A stretch of DNA of 64,000 nt from an uncultured Actinomycetes bacterium (lineage in GTDB: Bacteria; Actinomycetota; Acidimicrobiia; Spongiisociales; DATADW01), in NCBI GenBank assembly GCA_963824995.1, contig CAWGRK010000006.1, positions 380,273 to 444,272 on the forward strand, given 5' to 3'. Position numbers and translations under genes: made by a program. Of this stretch, positions 49,729-58,189 are shown one piece after another (within the stretch, counting starts at the first letter, position 1; each line of letters starts with the position of its first letter). The notes beneath the pieces are model-generated. The model saw only the letters and a list, made by a program, of their open reading frames with translations, made no database searches and was not told the DNA's origin.

Positions 49729-50577
49729 CTATCTCAGCCCGAGGAGAAGGGCTTGTCGGGAGCGGTGTCCTCGCTCCGACGCCGGGCCGCGCCCGACCGC
49801 CACTGCGCCCGCCACCAACAGCGCCGCACCCAGGCTCAGCCAACCACCGCCGCTGCCAGGTCCGGTAAAGGGCAGGGTCTCCACGGTGGTGGCGGAAATC
49901 GAGGTGGTCGTTATCGGAATCGTGGTAGTAGTGGTCTCCGGTGGTGTGGTCGTGGTCTCCGGTGGTGTGGTCGTGGTCTCCGGTGGTGTGGTCGTGGTCT
50001 CCGGCGGTGTGGTCGTGGTCTCCGGTGGTGTGGTTGTGGTCTCCGGTGGCGTAGTCGTTGTGACCTGCCCTGCGCAGAACACCGACACCGTGTATACCAC
50101 GGACGTGGCGACGATCCCCTCGTCGTCGGGGACCATGATGTTGTAGATCTCCATCGTCTCGCCGAGGACGAGCGTACGGTCGTCGAGCACGGTCCTCAGG
50201 ACATTGGGCTCCGATTCCGTCTCGAGGACGTCGGTCTCGTTGTCCCCAGTCACCAGGTGCCCGAAGTTGTAGGGGTGGACGCTGTCGCCATTGGCCGCCA
50301 ACACGATGATCCCGCAGGTCTGCCCGACCAGCTCCTCGAACCCGTTGGCCACCAGGTCAAACTCGCCCGCCAAGCGGGGCACGTTTTCCTGGTCGGTCGC
50401 ATCGGCGTCACGGGGGACGAAGAAGTCCTCCCCGGTGAAGGTGAATTCGGGGTCGAGGATCTGACCCTGAGCCGGCAGTGCCAGAGGGACAGCCAACAGC
50501 GTGACAACGGCTATAGCTGCAAAACCTCTTCGCAGCCCGGGACGCGCCAGACTGCTCTTAGTTCGGGTTCCACCCAC
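49729..50577 (-). CDS. Secreted Thr-rich surface protein with LPFTG sortase-type signal
   Basis: Signal peptide ..LALPAQG; (TTTTPPE)x6; LPFTG + hydrophobic helix + basic tail. Confidence 0.8.
   Translation of the reverse strand: MGGTRTKSSLARPGLRRGFAAIAVVTLLAVPLALPAQGQILDPEFTFTGEDFFVPRDADATDQENVPRLAGEFDLVANGFEELVGQTCGIIVLAANGDSVHPYNFGHLVTGDNETDVLETESEPNVLRTVLDDRTLVLGETMEIYNIMVPDDEGIVATSVVYTVSVFCAGQVTTTTPPETTTTPPETTTTPPETTTTPPETTTTPPETTTTPPETTTTTIPITTTSISATTVETLPFTGPGSGGGWLSLGAALLVAGAVAVGRGPASERGHRSRQALLLGLR
49925..50063. repeat. 21-bp coding tandem repeat x6 (TTTTPPE)
   Basis: gtggtctccggtggtgtggtc repeated. Confidence 0.9.
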
Positions 50578-50710
50578 TTCGCACTCCCTCCGTCACCCCT
50601 AATGGTCGCCTACCGGGACGATTGACGACCCTGGCGTATAAGGCAATCTAGTCAGACCCAAAAGGAAACGCGTGCGCCTGGCCCTTTTCCGCCAGCCGGC
50701 TGAGATCTCC

Positions 50711-52018
50711 TTACCGCAGATCCTTGCGGTGGTCGGTGAAGCGGCGAGCCTTGAGGTCGAAGCGGGGCAGCGTCCCCATCGCCACCGGCGTGGCCATTGG
50801 CCTGACTCCGATCCCAGTGTGAATCTCGCGGGCCACCGCGGCGGCGAGAGCATCGGGGTCGCCCGAGGTGACCTCGATCCGCAACTCCATCACGTCGAGC
50901 TCTTCCTTGCGGTAGACGTCCACGGCGAACTCGCCGATCTCGGGGAAGCGCCGCACCAGGTTCTCGACTGCGCTGGGGAAGATGTTGACGCCGCGGACGA
51001 TGAGTACATCGTCCACCCTCCCGGTGACACCGCCGTCGAACCGCATGAAGGTCCTTCCGTCCTCGCTCGGCTCCGATGCGATGACCACGTGGTCGCCGGT
51101 GCGGTAGCGGATCACCGGGAACCCGGGGCGGCCCAGGTTGGTGATGATCAGTTCGCCGTCGTTCGACTCCTCACCGGTGGCAGGATCGATCACCTCGGCG
51201 AGGAACTCCGCCTCGTTGACGAAGAGCCCGTTCTGCAGTTGCGACTCGAAACCCCAGGCGCCGACCTCGGTGGCACCGGCATGGTCGTAGGCCCGTGCCC
51301 CCCACGCCTCCTCGATTCTCGCCCTGGTCGCCGGGATTCCGGCCCCGGGCTCACCGGCGTGGATGGCCACCCGCACACCCGAGTTCCTGATGTCGATCCC
51401 TTCCTCCGCAGCCACCTCGGCGAGGTGGAGCGCGTAGGTCGGGGTGCAGACCAGCACCGAGATGTCGTTCACGAGGATCGCCTTGAGGCGCTGCAGAGAC
51501 GACATGCCTCCTCCCGGAAAGGCGAGGGCCCCGATGAGGCGAGCCCCCTCGTAGGCGCTCCAGAAGCCGATGAACGGCCCGAAGGAGAAGGCGAAGAAGA
51601 TGCGGTCCATCGACGTGACGCCGGCGCTGCGGTACACCTGCGACCAGCAGCGTGCCCACCACCGCCAGCTGTCCTCGGTGTCGAGGCAGCGCAGCGGCTC
51701 ACCCGTGGTGCCGGAGGTCTGGTGGATCCGGGTGTAGCGGGTACGGGCGTAGGTGAGGTTGGTGCCGTACGGTGGGTTGGAGATCTGGTCGGTGGCCAGT
51801 TCCTGCTTGGTGGTGAACGGGATCTGCTTGAGGTCGTCCATGGTGCGGACGTCGTCTGAGCTGCGGATGCCGGCCCGACCCAGTTTGGCCCGATAGAAGG
51901 CGTTGCTGTCGAGCACCTCGTCCAGCAGGAGCTGGAAGCGGCGCAACTGGATCTCCTGCAAGGCGTTGCGGCCAAGCGTCTCGGCGAATCCTGTCGAGAA
52001 CTCGAACTCCATGGTCAT
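50711..52018 (-). CDS. Phenylacetate--CoA ligase (PaaK) family aryl-CoA ligase
   Basis: PFTTK, TSGTTG, CTPTY, AGEPG, GATE, IRYRTGD, GRVDD..IVRGVNIFP. Confidence 0.88.
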   Translation of the reverse strand: MTMEFEFSTGFAETLGRNALQEIQLRRFQLLLDEVLDSNAFYRAKLGRAGIRSSDDVRTMDDLKQIPFTTKQELATDQISNPPYGTNLTYARTRYTRIHQTSGTTGEPLRCLDTEDSWRWWARCWSQVYRSAGVTSMDRIFFAFSFGPFIGFWSAYEGARLIGALAFPGGGMSSLQRLKAILVNDISVLVCTPTYALHLAEVAAEEGIDIRNSGVRVAIHAGEPGAGIPATRARIEEAWGARAYDHAGATEVGAWGFESQLQNGLFVNEAEFLAEVIDPATGEESNDGELIITNLGRPGFPVIRYRTGDHVVIASEPSEDGRTFMRFDGGVTGRVDDVLIVRGVNIFPSAVENLVRRFPEIGEFAVDVYRKEELDVMELRIEVTSGDPDALAAAVAREIHTGIGVRPMATPVAMGTLPRFDLKARRFTDHRKDLR

Positions 52019-52045
52019 CTCTCCATATCTCCTTGATCCGCGCCC

Positions 52046-52657
52046 TCAGTCGAACGAGGGAGCGGGGTCCACCCCCACAGGGAACTTCTCGTTTATGAGC
52101 ATGAACGGGCGGCCCTCGTGCACCACCCGATAGGTACGCGCGATGAACTCACCGAGGCCCGCCAGTCCTTCCGGGGGAACAGCGTTCCGCTCCCGCCCGT
52201 ACCAGAGGATGTCGCGCCTCGTCTCGAGGCCTGCGTCGTTCATGATCCGGCCGAGCCCACCGGGGTGGGTGGCCAGTTCCTCCTGGACCCTCGTCGGGAG
52301 CCGCTCGGCCACCAGCAGGGAGGAGGCGTGGGCGAAGATGACGCCACGCAGCGTGCCCCTGAGCAGCACCTCGCGGGCGATCACCTTCGTACCGGCGGGT
52401 GCTTCCAGCCAGTCGTGGTCGGCGGGGAGGATCAGTTCCTCCTGTGACAGCCGCTCCACCACGACGGGCTCCATGGTGAATGCCTCGATGAACTTGGTCA
52501 CCGTGCCGTCGATCACCAACAGCGACCGGTAGAAGGGGCTCAACGCCCTGAAGTTGACCGGCTGAAGCGTTTCGGGCCGGGCGAACTGGGCGACAAAAAC
52601 CTCGCCGGCGGGGTCGAACCCGGGGGCGGTACCGAGGGCGGAGCGATCTTGCTCCAT
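52046..52657 (-). CDS. Chorismate pyruvate-lyase family (DUF98/Rv2949c-like) 4-hydroxybenzoate synthase
   Basis: LLVIDGTVTKFIEA, REVLLRG, ASSL, GLGRIM, ARTY..INEKFP. Confidence 0.75.
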   Translation of the reverse strand: MEQDRSALGTAPGFDPAGEVFVAQFARPETLQPVNFRALSPFYRSLLVIDGTVTKFIEAFTMEPVVVERLSQEELILPADHDWLEAPAGTKVIAREVLLRGTLRGVIFAHASSLLVAERLPTRVQEELATHPGGLGRIMNDAGLETRRDILWYGRERNAVPPEGLAGLGEFIARTYRVVHEGRPFMLINEKFPVGVDPAPSFD

Positions 52658-52658
52658 C

Positions 52659-54374
52659 TCAGCTCACCTGAACCTGCTGTAGCTCGCCCGACTCGTACAT
52701 GCGCTTGAAGTGACGGTGGCGGCGCTTGCCGCTCGAGGTCTTGGTGAGCGTGCCGGTGGGGACGAGCACGACGTCGACGTTGATTCCGAGCCGGAGGAAG
52801 CTCTGGCGACGGACCTCGCCGGCGATCTCGTCGGCGGGACGGGGCATCGGATCGGTCACCTCGCTGACGACGACCACCCGCTGCGTCCCCTGCCCGGTCT
52901 CATCCATCCCGAAAGCGGCGAAACAACCCTTGCGCAGCCCCTGCACCTCGAGCAGGAATGGCTCGAAGTCGCTGGGGTCGAATTTCTTGCCACGCACCGT
53001 GATCCGCTCCCGGACCCGACCCGCCCAGTAGAGCTCGTCATCGCGCAGGTAGCCGAGGTCGCCGGTGCGGAGGAGGTCGCCGTGGATGGCCCGCTTGGTG
53101 GCTTCGGCATTCCTCAGGTAGCCGTTCATCCGCGAGGCCGTATCCAGGGCGATCTCACCCACGTGGCCCTCGGGGAGAGACTCGCCGCGGGGCGAGAGGA
53201 TTTGGATCTTGATCCCCGGATGGGGCCGACCCGACCCGACGACGCTCACCGCCTTCTCGTCCGCCGGGTCGACGATGCGCGCCGTCCGCGACTCCGCCAG
53301 GGCCTCGCGGTCCACGAACTCCACCCGATACGGCTCCCCGGGACGGGTGAAGGTGGCTCCGCCGATGTTCTCGGCGCAGCCGAAGTTGGTGCGCAGCCGG
53401 TCCCAGGGCACACCAAAGCTCTCGAACCGGCGGTGGAACTCGACGAACGTCTCGTGGTGGATGCGCTCGGCGGCGTTCCACCAGCCGCGCACCCCATCGA
53501 GGTCGACGCCCTCCAGATCGCTGTCCTTGACCCGCTGCGCCGCCAGGGCGTAACCGAAGTTGGGCGACCAGGTGACGGTGGCGCCGGTGCGGTGCACCCC
53601 CTGGAGCCATGCCGCCGGCGACTTGACGAAGTCGTGCGGGCTCATCAACACCAATGGAATCCCGGTGGCCATGCAGGTGAGGAAGTTGTTGACCAGGCCC
53701 ATGTCGTGATAGAGCGGGGTCCAGTTGAAGAAGACGTCCCGGTCGGTGAGCTCCATCGCCGCAACCATCCCGTCGATGGCGGCGGTGAGCGCATGGTGCT
53801 CCCATACACAGACCTTGGGAAGACCGGTGGTCCCCGACGTGAGCTGGTACGCAACCACATCGGAGGGATCGGGGAGGTGACGGGGGACGGCGTCCACGTC
53901 GGGTGGGCCCAGCGCCTCGTCCTCGGAGAAGAGCCATCGGGTGGAGCGGCGGACCCGCTCCAACTGATCACGGTCGCGAGCCATGGATCCTGGCGCCACC
54001 ACCAACCGCGCCTCTGTGCGCCGAACCGTGGCCGAGAGAACCCTCGGCAGGTCGGAGTTGGCGCCGAGGAGCGATGGAGGCGCCACCAGCAGAGGGCGAG
54101 CGCCGAGGAGGAGGGAGCCGAGCACCAGCGTGGCAGCGGGCTCGGCGCTGCTGAGCACGATGACAACGGCGTCACCGCGACCAACACCAAGCTCGGCCAT
54201 CCGCCCCGCCGAGCCGGCAGCGGCGGCATGGACCTCGGAGTAGGTGCGCCAGGTGGTCGTCCCGTCGCTCTGGTAGAAGGCGAGGGCGCGTTGCTGCGGA
54301 GCGCGCTCCAGGCGCTCAAAGAGCCTCGCCGGCACTGTCTCGGGCAGGATGCTTGTGCGTATCACGGGGGTCAC
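52659..54374 (-). CDS. Fatty acyl-AMP ligase-like adenylating enzyme
   Basis: QLTSGTTGLPK, WTPLYHDMGL, PNFGY, FGCAE, FAAL-type insertion VDREAL, TGDLG, KTSSGK. Confidence 0.88.
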   Translation of the reverse strand: MTPVIRTSILPETVPARLFERLERAPQQRALAFYQSDGTTTWRTYSEVHAAAAGSAGRMAELGVGRGDAVVIVLSSAEPAATLVLGSLLLGARPLLVAPPSLLGANSDLPRVLSATVRRTEARLVVAPGSMARDRDQLERVRRSTRWLFSEDEALGPPDVDAVPRHLPDPSDVVAYQLTSGTTGLPKVCVWEHHALTAAIDGMVAAMELTDRDVFFNWTPLYHDMGLVNNFLTCMATGIPLVLMSPHDFVKSPAAWLQGVHRTGATVTWSPNFGYALAAQRVKDSDLEGVDLDGVRGWWNAAERIHHETFVEFHRRFESFGVPWDRLRTNFGCAENIGGATFTRPGEPYRVEFVDREALAESRTARIVDPADEKAVSVVGSGRPHPGIKIQILSPRGESLPEGHVGEIALDTASRMNGYLRNAEATKRAIHGDLLRTGDLGYLRDDELYWAGRVRERITVRGKKFDPSDFEPFLLEVQGLRKGCFAAFGMDETGQGTQRVVVVSEVTDPMPRPADEIAGEVRRQSFLRLGINVDVVLVPTGTLTKTSSGKRRHRHFKRMYESGELQQVQVS

Positions 54375-54378
54375 CTCG

Positions 54379-55392
54379 TCACAGGGTGCGGCCGATAGCC
54401 ACCGCCACCCGGCGGCACTCCTCGACCAGATTGGAGAGTTGATCGGGCGTCACCGACTGGTCGCCGTCGGACAGGGCCTGCTCGGGGTTCTGGTGCATCT
54501 CGATGAGGAGTCCGTCGGCACCGCTGGCGATGGCGCCACGGGCCATGGCCGTCACCAGCGAACGTCTTCCGGTGGCGTGGCTCGGGTCGACGACGATCGG
54601 GAGATGGCTCAGCTCCTTGAGGACAGGGATGGCGTTGAGGTCGAGTGTGTTGCGGGTCGCGGTCTCGAAGGTGCGGATCCCCCTCTCACAGAGGATCACA
54701 TCGGTGTTCCCCTGCGACATGATGTACTCGGCAGAGAGGAGCAGCTCCTCGATCGTGGACATCATGCCCCGCTTCAACAGCACCGGCTTGGGCTGACGGC
54801 CGGCGGCGAACAGCAGGTGGAAGTTCTGCATGTTGCGTGTCCCGATCTGAAGGATGTCGGCGTACTCGGAGACCAGCGGAACCGTCTCCGAGGACATGAC
54901 CTCCGTTATCACCGGCATCCCGGTGAGTTCACGCGCTTCGGCGAGGATCTTGAGCCCCTCTTCGGCCATGCCCTGGAAGCTGTATGGCGAGGTCCGCGGC
55001 TTGAAGGCGCCGCCGCGGAGAATGGTGGCGCCCGCCTTCTGGGCGTGGATGGCCGCCTCGAGCAGCAGGTCGCGGCTCTCGACCGAGCACGGCCCCGACA
55101 TCACCACGACCTCTTCGCCGCCGATGACCACATCGCCGACCCGGATCTCGGTCGGCTCCGGCCGGTATTCACGGCTGGCGAGCCGGTAGGCGCGCTTGGT
55201 GGGGAGGACGCGTTCGACACCGCGCAACCCGGTGAACGCCAACGGTGTCGCGTCGTCGAAGGACCCCAGGATCCCGATGAGAACCTGGCCGCCATCCTCG
55301 GACACATGAGACTTGAGACCCAGGCTGTGGACCCGGGCCACGACGTACTCGACGTCTGCGCCGGTCGCCGCCATCTTCATCTTGATGATCAT
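54379..55392 (-). CDS. aroF: DAHP synthase type I-beta with N-terminal regulatory domain
   Basis: [47 protein letters not shown]. Confidence 0.95.
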   Translation of the reverse strand: MIIKMKMAATGADVEYVVARVHSLGLKSHVSEDGGQVLIGILGSFDDATPLAFTGLRGVERVLPTKRAYRLASREYRPEPTEIRVGDVVIGGEEVVVMSGPCSVESRDLLLEAAIHAQKAGATILRGGAFKPRTSPYSFQGMAEEGLKILAEARELTGMPVITEVMSSETVPLVSEYADILQIGTRNMQNFHLLFAAGRQPKPVLLKRGMMSTIEELLLSAEYIMSQGNTDVILCERGIRTFETATRNTLDLNAIPVLKELSHLPIVVDPSHATGRRSLVTAMARGAIASGADGLLIEMHQNPEQALSDGDQSVTPDQLSNLVEECRRVAVAIGRTL

Positions 55393-55549
55393 GCTTGCCG
55401 TTCTCCCCGACGCTCGGATTCGGTTCGGATGGCCACCGGGTTCCCCTTAGGGCAGCCCGAGCCCGCCGAAATGCCGGATCGCTCCCCTTCCCCACGCCAT
55501 CGAGGTGTGGGGGTCGAACCCGCTTCTGCGACGTGTCCGACCGTTGTCG

Positions 55550-55576
55550 ATATCGGCACCACGACCGGGCAACTGA
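55550..55576 (-). promoter_or_regulatory. Sigma28/WhiG-type promoter TCAG-N15-GCCGATAT for the aroF operon
   Basis: Minus strand, intergenic, about 157 nt upstream of aroF. Confidence 0.6.
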
Positions 55577-55597
55577 ACAGAAAGACTCCTGGTCAGC

Positions 55598-56086
55598 TCA
55601 CGGCTCTTCGACCGGGCAGGCTCGCTGTTCGGGACCCCGCTGGGCATGATCATCCCAGAACCTGGAGATGACGTCGGTATCGACATCGTCCAGGCGGAGC
55701 ATCACCGTCCATGCCGTGGCGACCACTGGCGCCGGCAAACCGGGGCGAGGGGCGATGATGACGTGGCTGCCGAGCTCTTCGGCGAGATCGCTCAGGGCGG
55801 CGAGGTCATCCCCGGGGAGGTCCGGGTCGTGCTGGACGAGTACGACCCCGTGCTCGAGGTCGTGTACCTGGACAACGTCGGGTATCGCCTCCTGGTGGAC
55901 CCCGCAGCGCGACCACACAGGTGCGTGCGCGCCGCTGGTGGGAGGATCGGTGGCGTACTCAGGGACAGGGTCCCCGGCGGAGAGATGATCACTGCCTTCC
56001 TCGGCGAACTGCTCGACCGAACCGCTCGGGGTACCCGCGGAACAGGCAGCGAGCGCCACCAGGAGGATCGCCCCGAGGCGGTTCAC
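55598..56086 (-). CDS. DUF3105 lipoprotein
   Basis: LAAC lipobox, PPTSGAH, VHDLEHG, ATAW, GPE. Confidence 0.85.
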   Translation of the reverse strand: MNRLGAILLVALAACSAGTPSGSVEQFAEEGSDHLSAGDPVPEYATDPPTSGAHAPVWSRCGVHQEAIPDVVQVHDLEHGVVLVQHDPDLPGDDLAALSDLAEELGSHVIIAPRPGLPAPVVATAWTVMLRLDDVDTDVISRFWDDHAQRGPEQRACPVEEP

Positions 56087-56859
56087 CGTCCGCGGAAGAC
56101 TGGGTCGCGCCGCTCGAGAAAGGCGGCGACTCCTTCCGCCAGGTCATCGGTACCGAGGCTGATCGCCTGGGTCTGGGACTCGTGGGCCAGCATCTGCTCG
56201 AAGCCGGCGCCGAGCGAGCGATTCATACCCTGTTTGATGAATGCCTGCGCCAGCGGGGCGCCTGCAGCGAGGCGCTCGGCCAGCGTGCTCACCACGCCCT
56301 CCAACTCCTCTGGCTCGACGACATCGAGAACCAACCCGATCCGGAGCGCCTCGTCTGCCTCGACCATCCGGCCGGTCAGTGCCAGTTCCTTGGCACGTTG
56401 CAGCCCAACGAGCCGAGGCAAGAGCCATGTCCCGCCGAAGTCGACCACAAGGCCGCGTGCCACGAAGAGCTCGGCGAATCGGGCGCGTGACGAAGCCAAG
56501 ACGAGGTCGCACCCCAGGGCCAGGTTCATCCCCGCACCCACGGCTGCCCCGTCTACCGCCGCCACCGTCGGCTTGGCCACTCGGTGCAGCGCCCGCGCCG
56601 CTGCCGCCACGGTCAGCATCCGCTCGTAACGCGCCCGGTGCGAACCGAGCCCGCCGCTTGCATCCGGCGCCGACAAATCGGCGCCGGCGCAGAAGGCACC
56701 GCCGGCACCGGTGATCACCAGCACCCGCTGGTCGGCCCCGGCGAAGTCGTCGAATGCCTCGCCAAGCTGCACCCAGCCGTCGGGCGGAATCGCATTGCGG
56801 CGCTCCGGACGGTCGAGCGTGAGCCACCGCACCGGTCCCCGGTCCTCGATGGTCAGCAT
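56083..56859 (-). CDS. Enoyl-CoA hydratase/isomerase
   Basis: LDRPERRNA, FCAGADL, GAAVGAGMNLALGCD, AFLERRDP. Confidence 0.92.
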   Translation of the reverse strand: MLTIEDRGPVRWLTLDRPERRNAIPPDGWVQLGEAFDDFAGADQRVLVITGAGGAFCAGADLSAPDASGGLGSHRARYERMLTVAAAARALHRVAKPTVAAVDGAAVGAGMNLALGCDLVLASSRARFAELFVARGLVVDFGGTWLLPRLVGLQRAKELALTGRMVEADEALRIGLVLDVVEPEELEGVVSTLAERLAAGAPLAQAFIKQGMNRSLGAGFEQMLAHESQTQAISLGTDDLAEGVAAFLERRDPVFRGR

Positions 56860-56865
56860 GGAAAA

Positions 56866-56907
56866 AGACGGTAGACGGAAGACGGCGGACGGCGGACGGC
56901 GGACGGC
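56866..56907. repeat. Heptamer tandem repeat (RGACGGH)x6 in a divergent promoter
   Basis: AGACGGT AGACGGA AGACGGC GGACGGC GGACGGC GGACGGC. Confidence 0.9.
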
Positions 56908-56941
56908 GGTAAGAATCGGACACGACGGATAAGGAGGGTCT

Positions 56942-57517
56942 TTGGCGTTCATCGAGTTGCTCTCGGAGGAGCAGACGGCTGCGCGGTTGGGTCTGCCGGC
57001 CGGACAGGAGGTGCCCAACTACGCACGGTTGGGGGCGCTGCATCCAGAGGCATACGCGGGGTGGGGGGCGCTGATCACCGCCATAAGGGACGGGATGGAC
57101 CGTCGGCGCTACGAGCTCGCCACATTGGCGGCGGCGAAGCGTGCGCGCTCCAGCTACTGCTCGCTCGCCCACGGCAAGGTGTTGGCGGAGAGGTTCTATG
57201 GCCCCGATCAGGTACGCGCCATCTACACCGATCGGGCCGGGGTGGACGAGGTGGACGTGGCGGTGATGGACCTCGCCGAGAAGGTCGCCGCCGACGCAAC
57301 GTCGGTCGGCAAGGAAGACATCGATCGGCTGCTTGACCTCGGGCTGACCGAGCGGGATGTGCTCGACGTCGTGCTCGCAGCCGCCGCCCGGAGCTTCTTC
57401 ACCAGAATGCTCGACGGCTTGGGAGTCCTCCCGGATGGTTCTTACCGCCAGCTTGACGAGGACCTGGTGGGGGCGCTGACCGTGGGACGGCCAATCGAGG
57501 GGTCCGCACCCCTCTAA
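56942..57517 (+). CDS. AhpD/carboxymuconolactone decarboxylase family protein
   Basis: RRYELATLAAA...SSYCSLAH; TAAGGAGG RBS before TTG. Confidence 0.82.
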   Translation: MAFIELLSEEQTAARLGLPAGQEVPNYARLGALHPEAYAGWGALITAIRDGMDRRRYELATLAAAKRARSSYCSLAHGKVLAERFYGPDQVRAIYTDRAGVDEVDVAVMDLAEKVAADATSVGKEDIDRLLDLGLTERDVLDVVLAAAARSFFTRMLDGLGVLPDGSYRQLDEDLVGALTVGRPIEGSAPL

Positions 57518-57526
57518 CCTCTCACC

Positions 57527-57640
57527 GTGGGCTTCAACCCCTTCCGGCAGCAGCGGCACAACCGGGCCGACGTGGCGATCGTCGTCCTGGCGGTGCTGGT
57601 CACAGCGGCAGTGGTGGCGTGGGCGCTGCTCGGAGGGTGA
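57527..57640 (+). CDS. 37-aa single-TM small protein (not in ORF track)
   Basis: MGFNPFRQQRHNRADVAIVVLAVLVTAAVVAWALLGG; TAACCT-N6-GTG start; GTGA overlap with the next gene. Confidence 0.7.
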   Translation: MGFNPFRQQRHNRADVAIVVLAVLVTAAVVAWALLGG

Positions 57641-57855
57641 GCGGGAAAGGCCCGCCCGAAGCCGAACTCGTGACGCCGGTCCAGCCTCATGCTGCCCGCA
57701 AGTCCTACGTCTGCCCCGGTTGCGAGAGCCTCATCCCCGCAGGGACGTACCACGTGGTCGTTGTTCCGGAGCACGCGCCCGATCTGCGACGGCACTGGCA
57801 CCGGGGGTGCTGGTACCGGGAACACCGTCGTCGCCACGGCGCCTCGCCCGGTTAG
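57637..57855 (+). CDS. Small Cys/His (probable zinc-binding) actinobacterial protein
   Basis: KSYVCPGC...HVVV...RRHWHRGCW. Confidence 0.75.
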   Translation: MSGKGPPEAELVTPVQPHAARKSYVCPGCESLIPAGTYHVVVVPEHAPDLRRHWHRGCWYREHRRRHGASPG

Positions 57856-58186
57856 CCCAGCGCGGGTACCCACCGCAGCTCGACTCCCTCAGGGCAAATC
57901 GTCACCGCCAGCAGGTCGATCCGCGTCGCCCCCAAGGCACGTGCCAGCGCTCGCAGCGTTTCGAGCTTGGCAGGGGTGACATGGGCGGCTGCGGTGATCC
58001 CTCCCGGCGACCAAGAGACGGTCTTCACCTCGACGACGACAGTGGCGCCGCCGATCCGGACGAGCAGATCCACCTCGGAACGGCCCACCCTCTGGTTTCG
58101 CTCGATGATGGCGGCACCACGGCGCGCCAGGAAGTCGGCAGCGAACGTCTCGCCGACGGCACCGAGCGCAGGACGTCGGGCGACAC
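57852..58186 (-). CDS. yraN: YraN family nuclease (start uncertain, probable indel)
   Basis: LGAVGE..AA.FL, IIERN.R, EVDL, VEVKT, RIDL; follows DUF2469; nearest GTG (58186) is out of frame. Confidence 0.8.
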
Positions 58187-58189
58187 TGC

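Noticed and set aside
49925..50063. CRISPR array or non-coding repeat
   Set aside because: Contiguous 21-bp units without spacers, in frame as TTTTPPE; no cas genes in the window
52046..52657. Ubiquinone/menaquinone pathway gene
   Set aside because: No ubiA/ubiD/ubiX or men/mqn neighbours; it is embedded between two acyl/aryl ligases
35156..55392. Aryl polyene, type II PKS or NRPS cluster
   Set aside because: ACPs and ligases are present, but no ketosynthase, ketoreductase, dehydratase or condensation domain was found
55500..55525. tRNA or att remnant (GCGGGTTCGACCCCCAC on the minus strand) at the right edge of the cluster
   Set aside because: Only a mismatched T-arm-like stretch; no cloverleaf, no CCA end and no matching copy seen at the other boundary
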